A DNA stretch of 63,893 nucleotides, the filler included, from Cercozoa sp. M6MM (taxonomy: Eukaryota; Protista; Endomyxa: Ascetosporea), in the NCBI GenBank assembly GCA_040357565.1. It is 17 parts of 17 records of this genome, joined end to end, with 100 filler letters (N's around TTAATTAATTAA, not from the genome) between each part and the next. Parts side by side here need not be neighbours in the genome. Positions count along the whole stretch, not along the records: positions 18,585 to 27,088 come from JBDODJ010000532.1; positions 27,189 to 35,055 come from JBDODJ010000589.1; positions 35,156 to 38,332 come from JBDODJ010001572.1; 14 more parts are not named here. One strand, 5' to 3'. The notes below the pieces were generated by a model. That model searched no databases and was not told the origin of the DNA. It saw only the letters and a program-made list of their open reading frames with translations. Made by a program: the position numbers and the translations under genes. Below, piece by piece: positions 22,448 to 36,179 of the stretch (position 1 is the stretch's first letter; each line of letters opens with the position of its first letter).

Positions 22448-25400
22448 CCTTGACATATGGGGAGGGGGTAAACTGGCCGCACCAGAAGAGGCGCGTATCC
22501 CGAGTACACCGTGTTCAAATCGGCGCGTCCATTCGACGCCACATCCGCGAAATTTAGATCGCCCTGGGAGGGGGAGGGGGTAAGAGGCGGACAGGGTAAA
22601 ACCGAGTCTACCTCATCTTCGACGAGTGCGAAGACCTTACGCAGCGTCGCGAAATTCAGTCGATCCGATCGCGTGCCGATCAGTCCGGCTAGGGGTAGTT
22701 GGGTAAAGCGAGAGGAGATGTAGGGGTAAGGGGGTAGAGGCAGGAGAGTAGGGGTAAGGATAGGGGTAAGGGTAGGGGCAGGGGAGAGGGTAATACCGGT
22801 GCGCATGTGGTTCAGCACGGACAGGACGCCGAAGCCGTAGGAGTTGAGAATCATCTGACGCAGCGAGTCGAAGCGCTTCTGTTTGAGACCGTTGCGCGTC
22901 AGACACAGCAGCGCGAAGAAACGCAGCGTCGTTCGCAACGGTGCCACTCGACCCTGAAGGGGGTAAGGGGGTGGGGGGGGGGGCAAGGGGGGGGGGGCGG
23001 GCGGGGTAAACTCACAGCGAGCTCCTCGACGTACATCTCGCACGCATCGTTGTCGAACCCGGCCAACATGGCGAATTCGAAAAACAACTGTCGACGACGA
23101 GGCAGACTACACGCGAGGAAGTGAGGGGTAAAGGTAGGAGGGAATAAACCTACCCTTTCGTTGCATTACGTGACAGGTACTCGGCGACATTGATGTGCTA
23201 CCCAAAGGGAGAAGGGTTAGTGGAATGGGGGGGAGGTAAGGCCAAAGCTACTAACTGCAGACGTTCACGCTCTGGCACGAGTGTTTTAAACTGTTTAAAC
23301 AAAGTGTACGCGCGGACACAACAACAGATGAATCAACAGGCAAAGCATCCACGCGGAAGCAGGCGCGTGTGTACCTGACTCATAAATGCGCTCATCTCAC
23401 GTGTCGTCATGCGCTTGTGTCGCTCCTCGAGCGCCTCGTCGACCTGACTGATGCGCTGTTTGAGTCGCTTGCCGAGCTGCGAGAAGGGCAGTCCACGCAG
23501 CTCGCGGAACACAGAGTCGCTGCTGTTCAGCACCACTGCCTTGGTCGGTCCTGCACATACCCACACCACAGCCTTAACTCGCCCCCATCGTACCCTTAAC
23601 AAAACCCGCCTGCTATCGTTAACTAAACACGTTCACTACACACCTGTGCTCGGCTTTGACGTGTCCACCAACGCTATGGGAGGCGGGTAGGGGGTAGGAG
23701 GTAGGGTAGGGTAGGAGGTAGGGGGTAGGGGATAGGGTAGGGTAGGGGATAGGGTAAGAGGTAGGGGGTAGGGATAGGGTAAGAGGTAGGGGTAGGGGGT
23801 AGGGTAAGAGGGGTAGGGGTAGGTAGGGTAAGAGGGGTAGGGTAAGAGGGGTAGGAGTAGGAGGTCAAGGATACCCAGCTCGGCGTCGACTTCGGCGCAC
23901 CCGAGGTCGATGCCAAAGTGCTCGTGGATCACGCCCTCCTGTAGCCACACACACGTTGATTACTAGGTGGTCACATGGGTGGTCACTTGATCACTGAGTG
24001 GTCACTGAGTGCTAGTGGGTGGGCACGTGCGTGCAGTACGTAGGTGGACTGCGTCAGCAGCGGTGTCACGGCGTCGACGGAGCGATCGAGAATGACGGCG
24101 TCGGTGATTTCGGGAACTATCTCGTCCAACGACCTGTATGTGTTGGTGCAAGTGTACGGTACATGTACGGTACATGTGTACGATACAAATGGTACACATG
24201 GACGGGGTACAAACAGGACAAAAGGAAGGCTACAGTTCCTTGCGCTGCTCGCGCTGCAGGCGCTGCAGCAGCGTCAGCACACGTGCCGACATGTCGCCCT
24301 TGGCTGCCACCACCGGCATCACGCCGAACGTCGCCTGCGGGGGGGGGGGCGAACGGGGGGCAAAGGGAGCAAGGAGGCAAGAAGTTACCTGGATCTGCAT
24401 TAGCGCCTCAGCCGCCGAGTACACATCGGCCAAGTCCTTGTCCTGACTCATGGGGTAATGGGGGGGATATAAGGTAGAGTACAAACAACAGTACCACAAT
24501 GACATCCTTAACGAAATCCGTGCCCTGTGTGTGCATACATATAGGACACCACCCCCTTAACAAAACATCAAAGATGTCTACCACAGTGCCCACGAGGCAG
24601 TAGTCATCGTCCACCGGCAGCAAAGGCAGACGCAACTCGTGCACGCGGAAGGTGCCCTTGACACCACCTGCAGGGGGAGGGGGATAAAAGGGCAGTGAAC
24701 AGGGGGTTAAATGGGTATGAGAGGGGAGGGTTAATGCACCGATCAACAGCTGCTGCTCGGCTCGCTTCGTGCCCCGCGGCAGGAACACAATGTGCCTACG
24801 GGTGTAAAGAGGGAGTAAGAGAGGATACAGGGAGGGGGTAAAGCGGGAAGAAAGAGGGTAAGGGGTAAAGAGGGAAGAAAGAGGGTAGGGGGTAAAACGG
24901 TCCCTACAGTCCAACAGTCTCAGTGTCGCCAGATCGCGCCAACTGACGCCCGTGTTCCACGACTCGCTTGACCTGTGTACTCCCGTCAGATACAGCAACA
25001 ACGAGAAACAAAACAACACACCGACCACAGCCTTAACCGAACAAACAGAGAAACGCACCGAGTCATGCGTCGGCTGCAGGATGTACACGAGCGAGTCAAA
25101 CTCAACATCGACGTTCTCGTTTGTCGGCGCTATCCTCTCTGTGCTTTCAAATAGAACAGTAAAATTGCTCAAAAGGAGCAAAGCAGGGGCGAGACGGTAC
25201 CGAACTTCATGATTTGCGCAATATTGAGCGAGGTCTTCATCTCACTCAGCGCGAACATGCTGCACCAGCTCGCCGCTTGCTGCAAACCTCCCCAAAGGAA
25301 ACATGACCACAGCACTTCCCTGCATGCTCAAAACCAACGGTACAGCATCGAAAATCAGTAACTTGCGTCCGCCGATTCTGCCCAGCACTGCCGCCACTCG

Positions 25401-25585
25401 CTCACGCGCCTCATCACGCACAGCACGCAGCTGCGGGATTCACATCCGGCACAAATACAACAAAATCATGAGAATAATTGCAACTGCTCATCTCACAGAA
25501 GATGTGCTACGTTCAAGGCCGAGTGCTTGAGATGTTCGTCACCCGTCAGCGACGGCTGGGGCGGCCGACCGCTCTTCTTGGACAT
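21557..25585 (-). CDS. VPS33: Vacuolar protein sorting 33 (Sec1/Munc18 family), many exons
   Basis: LLPVDDD, VILDRSVDAVTPLLTQSTY-EGVIHEHFGI, VLNSSDSVFRELRGLPFSQLG, HINVAEYL, VYSGYAPLLVR and LGGVTHSELAALR. Confidence 0.92.
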
Positions 25586-26234
25586 TCTAGTGTATCAAGT
25601 CGATCGCACTCAGCAAGCACTACAGCGTACTCCTGCCGTGCTTAGAGCTCTTAGGGATGCTGTATAGAAGCTGACACGGGCGAACACGCTAAAGCCACAT
25701 GACTTGACGCAGCGCGAATTCAGACTCCGATGTTTCAGAGCGATAGTCGTGATCGTCAGCTTCTAATGAGAAAATGTTAATGAAACTTCGAGCTTTCAAA
25801 AACACTCGCAGTGCAAGTAATTCCCATGAAAACATGGACAAGAAATCCGCACATCAGGATTTTTTAATTTTTGATCAAACTAGCTGTAGCCACTTGATGA
25901 AGGTTTTGGACACCAGTGATACGACAATCGGAGGCACGTTGTGAGAGGATAACGTCTCGAGCACAAAGTTCGTGTGATTGTGGTGCCGGTCGGTGCTAGT
26001 CACGTAGCATCCGCCTGTCTTGCGGTCAGTTTATTTCTCCCACATGTGCTGGATCGGGCATCCATTTTACGTCACCCGTGTCGCTGCGCAAACCTATAGC
26101 AATTGAGCACATCCGCGCACACGCGTAGGACCGCGTAAGCGCATGTGTGTCTCTTTCAGTTTTGGCGCCCATGAATGATGGAGGCGCGATTTTTGGATTT
26201 TGTGTTGCGAAACATGCGTTTTCCGTGTGCAGAC

Positions 26235-26900
26235 ATGTCCAACGAGGCCGCGGCCGTTGTCGACGAGGTAAACCTTTCCTTTTCTTGCCTTACGTTAGTT
26301 GCCACTGTGGCTGTGCTGTTGTGATGCTCGATTGGACAGGGGAAAATGCGCGACGACGTGCCGCAGCACGAGTCACTGCCGCCGGAGGCGATACCGCAAG
26401 TTGATGCGAAAATGAACGACGCTTTGAACGAAAACTCGAACGAAAATTCGAACGAAAGCAGCGAAAATTCGAACGACAGCAGCGAAAACTCGAACGACAG
26501 CAGCGAAAATTCGAACGACAGCAGCGAAAGCTTCGGCCAGGTTTCGAACGAAAGTGCGAAAGCTGCGGACAAGCTTGTTGCTGCCGCAAGCAAGGTCGGC
26601 ACTGGTCTCGATCAAGGCGCGGAACAACACACGAAAAAACTTGAAACATCCGACGGACCAAGCGTTAACAAAATCGAGAAAACCGAAGAAAACTTGAGCG
26701 GAACGATCAGGCAAAATTCGACGCCGGCCGAGTCGAATGTCACTCCTGACACCAGTACGAGGTAGCTGCTCCTCCCTCACCCTTTACCCCCTAGCTCCCC
26801 TCCCCTACCCTGCACTCGGGCAGTGCAACGCTAGCAGCCAAGTCGGAGGAAGACGGCGATCCCGAAAGCAAACAGAACGAAGCCGTGCTTTTCTTGGATC
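26235..26900 (+). CDS. 5' part of a hypothetical low-complexity protein with a 21-bp coding repeat (ENSNDSS)
   Basis: MSNEAAAVVDE exon, a GT-AG intron, and an acidic exon with a repeat at ~26428-26530. Confidence 0.5.
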
Positions 26901-27046
26901 GGGTGTGTTTACCCCTCTCCCGCTCTTGCTCCTTTACCCTCCCTTTACCCTCTCTTTACCCTCCTGTTGTACCCCTTTACTCTCCTGTTGTACCCCTTTA
27001 CCCTCTCCCCCTTGTCAACCCCCTTACCGGGGGCCGCGCCCGGGGG

Positions 27047-27088
<42 letters not shown>

Positions 27089-27188
27089 NNNNNNNNNNNN
27101 NNNNNNNNNNNNNNNNNNNNNNNNNNNNNNNNTTAATTAATTAANNNNNNNNNNNNNNNNNNNNNNNNNNNNNNNNNNNNNNNNNNNN

Positions 27189-27241
<53 letters not shown>

Positions 27242-27268
27242 TGGGTGTGGGTGTGTGGGTGTGTGTAG

Positions 27269-29477
27269 GACGTGCCAAGCGAGTGCCCGTTGTGATGCGC
27301 AAGGAGCTGCGTCCTGTCGCCGATGCCGAGGTGCCAGGCGTGCAGGAGTTTTGTTTTACATTCCTGCTGATTTATTCTGGATAGGGCGAGGCAGGTAGCA
27401 CGCTGCACGTCGAGTTTGATCTGAAGGCAGCTCGTCTGCGCTACAAGACCGCCGACAACCTTGTGCCTCACTCTCTGTTTGTGTGCCCTGTTGTTGTATC
27501 ACATTTGTTTTTGTCTGTACTATGGCAGGCTATCTTCGCTTGTAACGATCGCCGCCGCGCCGCCAAGATGTGCGAACATTTGGAGGTACGCGTGTGAGTA
27601 TGCATTAACTAGCACGGGAATACTGAGTGCGTGCAAAACAGGTGCACCCGCAAACGGTGTTTACGATGAGTAAGCGCGACCCGACGAGCGGACACAAGTT
27701 CCCCACGCCCCGTGTTTGCACTGCCCACGCTGCACTGACTTGGTATGTCGACATCAGTGGTGCAATGCGAAAGAGTGTCGTCCGCGATCTGGTATGCATG
27801 AGCAGTCCATACGTGCTTCTAGGTTGATATTTGTTGTGAATAGCTGACCTTTGCCGAAGACGGTGCCGACCGTGCGTTCCTGAAGCGTATGATCCAGAAC
27901 AACGACGAGGTGCCTAGTTTCTGTTTTCTGGAGTGCACCTACGATGTGTTTTTATCAAAGGGCAAGGCACTCTGGAAGAGCGAAGTTGAACAGCCTGGTT
28001 TGGTACATTACACGTACCCACATTTCCATATACCGAGGTCTCTTAAACGTGTGTGCTGCAGGGCATCTTGGAGTTGCTCCAGAAGTTCAAGTCGGTCCGC
28101 GTGCCGTTCGCTGCCTTTGTTGGTACCTAAGCTGGTGGTACCGGCACACTCACTAGCATGTGTACATGCGCGTAGAGCTGATGCCGCGTCTGCAACCGCG
28201 TTTGTACACGATTTCGTCGAGCTCGCGTGTGCAGCCGCACCAGGTAGACTCTACGCATGCAGTGGCGCTGTTCCTCACTGACGAACGCGCACGTGAATGC
28301 AGGTTTCTGTGACAGCCAAATTGGTGCGCGACGTGCTCCCGGACGGACGTGTGAGTCTCTCTGTCTAAATTGCTCACATTGGCACGTAAGTTTTTTATAG
28401 GTGCGCAACGGCGTGTGTTCGACGTTCTTGAGCGAGATTCGACCCGGCAAGGACGAGGTCATGGTAAACTCCCCTGTGTTGCATAGGTGTTATTCAGCGC
28501 ATGGATGTGAGAACAGGTTCTCGTGGAGGAAAGCACGTTCCGCCTGCCGCGCAAGGCTGCTACCCCTGTTATTATGGTTGGCCCAGGTACCATAAGTCCT
28601 TTCATCGTGGCGTTTGCTGCCAATTGGCTCACGGATCGGTGTGTTCGTAGGCACCGGTGTGGCCCCGTTCCGTGCCTTCGTGCAGGAGACGCAGAAGTTG
28701 GACAAGTCCGGTGACTGGTGAGATTCCACAGCGCATACTAGTATCGGTGCAGTTGTGTGTGTGTTTTGGCGATGAACGCATTTTGCGCAGGTGGCTCGCG
28801 TTTGGCTGCCGTCACGAGGCGCGAGATTTTATCTACCGCGACGAGCTGCAGGGCGCTGCTGTACCCTCTTTTTTCTCGTCAACTCCCCCTCGTTGTATGC
28901 ATTTCAACCTTTCTATTTCTGTAGGATGCCAAGAAGATCGAGCTGGTCACTGCCTTCTCGCGCGACCAGAAGGTACTTGCACGTTGCTGAACAAATGTGA
29001 GTCGGTTTGACATGAATGCTGCCGTGTGCAGGACAAGATCTACGTGCAACATCGTGTCAAGGTACTGTTTGCCGCCTTGCATTAGTGGATTTGTCCCTCA
29101 TTACGACCACACATACAGGAGCACGGCGAGCGTCTTTTTGAATTGATCGACAAGCACAATGCACATGTGTACGTGTGTGGCGCCACAGGTTTGTTAAAAA
29201 ACTGCGACCTGGTGTCTGCGAATGTGGTCTCGTGCAGGAATGGGTCGTTCGGTGAGGGATGCCTTTGTGCATATCATCGAGACGCAGAGTGGTACTATGG
29301 TTTTGTTTATTTTGTGCCGTGGTATGAGTCTGGTGTCTCTTAGGTATGACAAGCGGAAATGCCGTCGAATACGTGCATAAGTACGTTGCTTTGCGTCGGT
29401 TTGTGTGTCTGCGCTTATGCACCTTCTGCAGGATGCAATCGGACGGACGCTACGTGCAAGAGCTGTGGGATGGCTAG
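27269..29477 (+). CDS. CPR: NADPH-cytochrome P450 reductase (FAD/NADPH domains; 5' truncated), 18 introns
   Basis: STLHVEFDL..LRYKTADNL, LQPRLYTISSS, GVCSTFL, PVIMVGPGTGVAPFRAF, FGCRHEARDFIYRDEL, TAFSR..KIYVQH, HVYVCG and GRYVQELW. Confidence 0.93.
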
Positions 29478-29650
29478 TCTTCTCAGGCTCGTTGGGTCGC
29501 CTCATTTACGCACAGGTTGTCACTTGCGTCGTGATGATTCCATTACAGGAGACTGGCGTGGAGGGCGCCATCCGGATATAAAGACGAAAACTGCCGTGCG
29601 CTGAACGCATTCGAAATTGCAACGTTTGATTGATGGTTCCATTGAAACAG

Positions 29651-29777
29651 CTAAGCGTTGGATTGTTACCGCAGCCCTCTCGTCTCAGATAGGGATCAGG
29701 CCTTGGTAAATTGAGGGTACTTTGCCAGTGGTACAAAAAACTAACGTAAGGAACGTAAGAAAGTCTGTTTGGTAGCG
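29651..29777. ncRNA. Candidate structured element, copy B
   Basis: CTAAGCG, GGATT, TAAATT, AACTAAC, TCTGT and TTGGTAGCG occur in the same order as at 276-410. Confidence 0.35.
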
Positions 29778-29811
29778 TAGCCAAGCTTAAGTGTAAGTTT
29801 GAAAGAGCGAG

Positions 29812-30423
<612 letters not shown>

Positions 30424-30704
30424 CTAAAGGTGTGCTACGTCGGCGCTTGGACGTTGTCGTCTTCTCCGCAATCCTGTAGCAGCCATGTCGTATCGATTGT
30501 CGCTGTCGACGTCCGAAACTTTGACACCAGTAACCAGGACACTGCTGCAGGGCGAACGTTGATGCCAAGGGCTGCGAGGACGCGTACATTTAGCGAACGA
30601 CGACTGACCTCGCATCCCAAAGACACATGTTGACTGCTTCGTGTCGCCAACGCAAGCTTCAACGTTCTTAGAAGACTGAACTGACAAACTAATTAACTAA
30701 ATAA

Positions 30705-30827
30705 CCAAACGCTTTAGATCTAGATCTGTTGCGAGCTTGAGATCGCACGCGACGGCGGCCCGTCACTAAATTACTGCTTTCTGTTTCAGTAAACTAAACT
30801 TACGAGCAGAATTTAATGTAAACTTAG
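30705..30827. ncRNA. Candidate structured element, copy C (more diverged)
   Basis: GACGG/CCGTC stem, TAAATT, TTACTG/CAGTAA stem, AACTAAAC, CTTACGAGCAGA and TGTAAACTT. Confidence 0.3.
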
Positions 30828-31031
30828 TCAATTTTTCTGTACGTTCTCCATGCGAGGGACAGGTGGGAGTTGGTGTTTCTTCAGTTCGGGTTTTAGTTTC
30901 GGAGTTCCGGTGCCATCGATATCAATTCTATAAGACTCATGATCATGGTGCTGCGTCTTCCCTTTATGGTTCGTGACGAAATCTGGGGGTTTTGAATTGC
31001 GCTCCCGCCCGTGATTTTGTCGCGTGTACAG

Positions 31032-31811
31032 AATGCAGACGAGATAAACGAACATCTGGCAGCACTTCCAATTTCTTCAGCAGGTTATCATTGGCATTCA
31101 TTTCATTTCACATGTTCGTGTATCTCGTCTGCAGCGTTGGGGGAACTACATTTATTGATACAGTACTGTACAGGACGCCCTACGGAATAGAATCTTCATA
31201 CTTCCTGTTGTAGAGCGACTTCCTGTGCTATGCCTTTCGATTTGCCCACCACCACGCAACTTTGTGCACGAGACGATGGTCAGAGAAACCGCTCTCGCTT
31301 TGCAGCGCATTTTACCAAGGGTAAAATTACGAGTAGGTATTTGCACCCTTTGACGGCTCGCGTGATGCGTTGTAGGTCGACACACGTGGAATGACGACTC
31401 ATGAAACCAACCGCAAGTGCAGCGAACATATATTTAAGATGTGCCATCTGATGCATTACAGCCTACTGCGTCAATGTCGTCGCTCTCGCGTACTCTGCAT
31501 CTATAACCCTGATTGCAATTGCCAGTGGATTGCTCATGTTGTCGACCGTACCAGGGACATTTATTATCCAGACACTAGAACTAGCGTGGGTCGAAGTGAT
31601 AGAACTGACAGTTCTTTGCCTAAAGTCGGTATTTGGCATGTACTACGTGCACGAAACCAATGGCACAAACGAGATCGATGAGCACAACGACATCGACGAG
31701 GACTTTAGATCTGACATTGAAAACCGAGACCCAAACCGCCCGAGCACTACGGTATTCGATAACCCATTTGATTCAACCTTAAAACGCCAAGGTCTCTTGA
31801 GTAGTTATTGA
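31032..31811 (+). CDS. Possible spliced hypothetical gene, structure unresolved
   Basis: Several GT-AG intron-like segments and an acidic terminal ORF. Confidence 0.25.
31034..31133. repeat. 22-bp inverted repeat (21/22 match, 56-nt spacer)
   Basis: TGCAGACGAGATAAACGAACAT versus ATGTTCGTGTATCTCGTCTGCA. Confidence 0.9.
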
Positions 31812-32220
31812 AAAGTGTAGATACCTCAATTTGAACTGGGTGTAGAACGAAAACAGAGCTCTCAGATGGCTTTTCCAAGAGGCGAAAATGGTACTGGACT
31901 TACAACATGTCTTCAGTTCTTTTTGAAGCTCTGAGAGTTCCAGAAACTGTACAGTAAGTTTATATGTTATACATTTTAGCGCTTCGAAAGAGCCAATCGA
32001 TATACTGTGGTGAAATTCCTTGCTTCCTCAACCCAAATTCCAAACCAAGATTTTAGTTACTTCAAAATTCCCCTCCGCATGTAGATATATGGGTGCCGAG
32101 CACATACGCTGAACGTATTTGCACGCTCATCCTACCTAGTACAAAGCTCTCGCAATCTTCCATTCGTGTCCAAACCCGCAAACAATGAACATGTAGATTG
32201 TTGGCACAATCGCTAAAGCA

Positions 32221-32578
32221 ATGAGTTATCGCAACCCCGGCGCAGTTTTCAACGATGTGACCAACACTGATGCGGCAGTCAGTGAGTTTGGACACAAAGT
32301 TGACCTTTTGTACGATCAGTGTGTGCGACAACAACGCATACAGATTGAGAGAGTTCTGCAAGACGTTGGTGTGCACCAAGCCGTGCTTGCTGTCTCACCA
32401 ACGATTGCAGAGTTCTCTGGCATGCATGTGATGTCGCTCGTCAAGGTACCTGTATACTGATGAACCGATGCCTAAACGAAGTAAATTGTGGCAGGCTGCC
32501 CGACAGACGATAGCGAGGCACCGACCTGCACGTGTTTTGGGTCATCTCTATTGCCTGTACATTTTAGAAAAACTCTAA
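32221..32578 (+). CDS. Small hypothetical protein
   Basis: ATG ORF MSYRNPGAVF.. followed by a GTAC..AG intron. Confidence 0.4.
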
Positions 32579-32969
32579 AAAATTGACCTCGCACTCCAGA
32601 AATTGTATTTTGTGTTGAAAAGGGTGCTGTTCCTCTGCATGACGGCACCATTTATTGTGATGGGCATTCTCATTGCGGCAGTTGATTTGCCGAAGCCCAG
32701 CCAAAATCCAGGTAAACTAAAACTTAAACTAAAGAAACAAAAAAAAAAGCCGCGTACAGCCCCCGGCCCGGCTGCAAGCAACTGAATCTCCCTAATGTAC
32801 CACACACGCCAAATAAAATTTAAAACATAGTACAAAAAGTCTTCAGAATATCTAAAATCGGCACAACTCTCGCTGCTGGCGTCTGAGATTTCTGGGTGAT
32901 TGCTTTTTCGAATCAACGCCCAGCCGGAACGTTGACGATTACACTTGGTGAAGTCCGCTGCAGTAGCAG

Positions 32970-33926
32970 ATGCAGTCACATGCAGGCGACGCGCTGCAGG
33001 TATGCACTGATCAGGCGCTTTCTCATCGCTTTTCCTTTTGTCAATGCCAAGTTCCTTTGGTACAGAACGTGATTGATGGCGTTCTCGAACAGTTCGATCG
33101 CGCTGTGAGTTTAAGCCATATAATTGTACGGTACCTTTGATCGGAGAATTTTATGCAGGCACAAGTGCAAATAACTGCCCTCCGAACAACTGCGGACAAA
33201 GGTAGATGATGTTCAGTAAAATGCGAGTGGTAGTATCTTTTTCGTGCAGATGAAGCAACTCACACCTCCATTGCCTTTCGTCGCCAGGCCTTTTCACTGG
33301 CCGCGGTACCTTTACCATTGCGTTCATATTGGTTCCCGACGGGACACTTTGCATGTAGTTTTCCCGACGGCAACAAGACGCGGTGCTGCAGGCGCTGCTG
33401 CTGTGGCGTGCTCGGCAACTGCAGCAACACCGCGCTGCACACAGCGAAGAGAACGGGGATGCTAGTGGCGAAGTCAATGACGATCGGACCGATGCTTTGG
33501 TACTCAATGATTGAATCGCTGGTTGCTGATGTTTTGACTTGTGGACAGGAACGTGGCCGTGTGGCGGTGGACATTGTCTTTGCGCACACAATTCTTTGTG
33601 TCATGGGTGCTGTGGAAGACACGCACCGAGACACGCTTGACGACCGCGATGAAATGTACTGATTTTCCTTTGAACCACACACATACGTGTCTATGTTGGT
33701 GTGCAGATTGAGGGAAGATTGGCAGTGTCCTCGGACGGATTTGTGTGAGCAATTGGAGGCGGCCGCACTCGCCTTTGTTTGTCGGTGAGTTCACTGTTTG
33801 TGCAAGCTAAACTGCTCAATCCTTTTGTCAATTTTCTTGTTGATGTAGAGCACAACACGCTGCCTATCGACCCACGACAGACACGCGAGGGTACCAACAG
33901 CACAGGAAGGCTGCGCAGTCGCACAT

Positions 33927-33993
<67 letters not shown>

Positions 33994-35055
33994 GTGTGTG
34001 TGTGTTGCAGAAGAAGACCGTCCGCGAGTGTCGAAACAGGCGCAATGGCCACCGAGTCCCAAGTGCGGTGTTTGTTCGACCTGTGGACCTCTGTGCTCGG
34101 CCGTTTGTCTGTGTACCTTTGTGTATATACCCATGGGTTCGCTGCATCCAAGGCGCACGCGATGCTGTGTACGCTGATACAGGCACCGACTACCACCTGT
34201 GGTGCGCCGCGTCATGGCCGAATTTGAAGCGATTGGTGCACTGCCGACCACGGGCAAGGTGGCGCGTGCGTTTCAGAATATGCGAAACAAGCTGCGTCGC
34301 GTACTTTTGGTTTTATCTTGCATTAAGCATCGTCATACTTCTGTATTGCACACAGCGATCGTCACAAGAGCGCGTGCAACAAGTGGCACAGCATCTCGTA
34401 CGTCAGCAAGTTGTGTTTTCTTTTTCCTGCAAGTAGATGAGTTCCGTAGGTCGGAAATCAGCACCGGCATGATGGTGTTCGCAGCAGGTACACTATACCC
34501 TTCTATCTGTGCATCCCACGATTGCGTATGTGTGACGTATTAACAGCACAAGCGGTGACCAAGCTGCTGACTCCGCCACTGTACATTCAACTCGTGAACA
34601 GCAGATGTGTACATGTTACGTCTGATATCTGCGTGCGCAGGCCGCTCGCTTGATTGAGTGTCTCCGTGGCGTGCGACTGCGCTTCCGTATGTCTTTGTTG
34701 TTGTCGGTACTTGTGCTGTTGTCAGGGGAGACGGTTGACTTTTAGAGGGCGCCCGCGAACTTCAAGCCTCGCATGACACGCTTGCTCTTCTGTACTGTTT
34801 TTTTAAACTCAGCAGCTGCTATTGTTTTTTGATATTTATTCTGCGCCTGCGTCTGTGTAGCTGTGCCGTGTTTGATCGCTATCGTGGCAATCGTGTCATC
34901 AAGCGGGTACCTTTAACAAGGCTAAGTGTAGTAGCACAGATACAGGTATTATTGCCCGCACGTACAGGCCGCATGTGCAACACTGACGCTACTCCTGTAC
35001 GCCGTACCGGTGCGACGTCATGCTGCGTACGATCACGTTTGCCAGTGGAGAGGAG
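32970..35055 (+). CDS. Multi-exon hypothetical helical protein (3' truncated)
   Basis: Chain of short exons (MQSHAGDALQ, NVIDGVLEQFDRA, VVRRVMAEFEAIGALP...) with GT-AG introns. Confidence 0.55.
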
Positions 35056-35204
35056 NNNNNNNNNNNNNNNNNNNNNNNNNNNNNNNNNNNNNNNNNNNNT
35101 TAATTAATTAANNNNNNNNNNNNNNNNNNNNNNNNNNNNNNNNNNNNNNNNNNNNGGGGGGGGGGTAAGGGGGTAAGGGTAAGGGGGTAAGGGGGGTATA
35201 GACG

Positions 35205-35774
35205 ACACCTGCTTTCGCAAGGAGGCATCGCGCTGTTGCTTCAAGTCGTCCCACTTGCGGAAAATCACGTTCACCAACTGCAGTCATACACACACATGTT
35301 TTACCCCCCTTTCCCTCAGCCCGATTTACACAAGGAAGCACAGCACCTCGTTGTTGCGGTCAGAAAAGGCGGCCAACGCACTGCAGGTCTCCTGTTGATG
35401 CACATTATATAAAAATAAACATACATTTATATGTATATATATATATATATATGTATATACATACATATATCAAAGGATAGACATACGCTCTTGAGACGGG
35501 TTCGCGACAGTGGCTTGCGCAGCAGTTCCACAATGTACTACACCCGCACCCTTAAATGAAGCGTACTCCCGCTGCCTTAACCAACCAAAACGCACCTGGG
35601 CCAACACATTCGGATCGGCCGGCGTCCAAGACGGCACCTCCTCCACGAGCCACTTCTACCAACCTCCAGTTTAAAGTGAAAACAAGTGACGCAACAACTT
35701 GTTGGGAAGGCTACCTGCAGCTTCTGCATCACGTCGCTCATCTGAGAAACAGAAAGCACACTCTTTTTGGACAT
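35205..35774 (-). CDS. 5' part of a multi-exon hypothetical gene
   Basis: MSKKSVLSVSQMSDVMQKLQ ... LVNVIFRKWDDLKQQRD exons with GT-AG introns. Confidence 0.5.
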
Positions 35775-36179
35775 TGGCAAAAACAGGCAGCACGCAAAAC
35801 AACCTTGTGAAGCGATTGACACTCGTGAAAGAAGGAGGGGTGAAACCACACGTCTACCTGGTCACGTTCACACACCGCTCTGCTGCGCATTCAAGTTGTG
35901 GGCTCAATCGGGTCAATCGGATCATACCCTGTCAGTTTTGTACTGCATATTCTGCTTCGATCAGTCTGGTTCTCACTGCTCAACAGAGACATTCCTGCAC
36001 AGTACTGAGATAAATCGGGTGACTGGCACAGTGTAGTATTAAAGAAGGCGTCTTGTGTCAACATCGGGTACAGTAGATGTTCAGATCATAAAATTCTTTG
36101 AAACAGCGCCCAGCTCTCGTTTTTTGTTGTTGTTCTGTCTTGACTCATTGTTGTTTCCGATCAATGTTTGGGGGCAGGG

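Noticed and set aside
25600-26150. snRNA or snoRNA in the intergenic gap (AATTTTTGA, TGATGA)
   Set aside because: Only isolated short motifs, with no U1/U2/U4/U5/U6 hallmarks or a convincing C/D box pair.
27269-29477. Non-canonical (non-GT-AG) introns
   Set aside because: All junctions I could resolve in conserved genes (CPR, KYNU, NifS, PP2C, Psf1) fit GT-AG.
34183-34300. DMAP1/SWC4 assignment
   Set aside because: Only a vague C-terminal resemblance, and no SANT domain was recovered.
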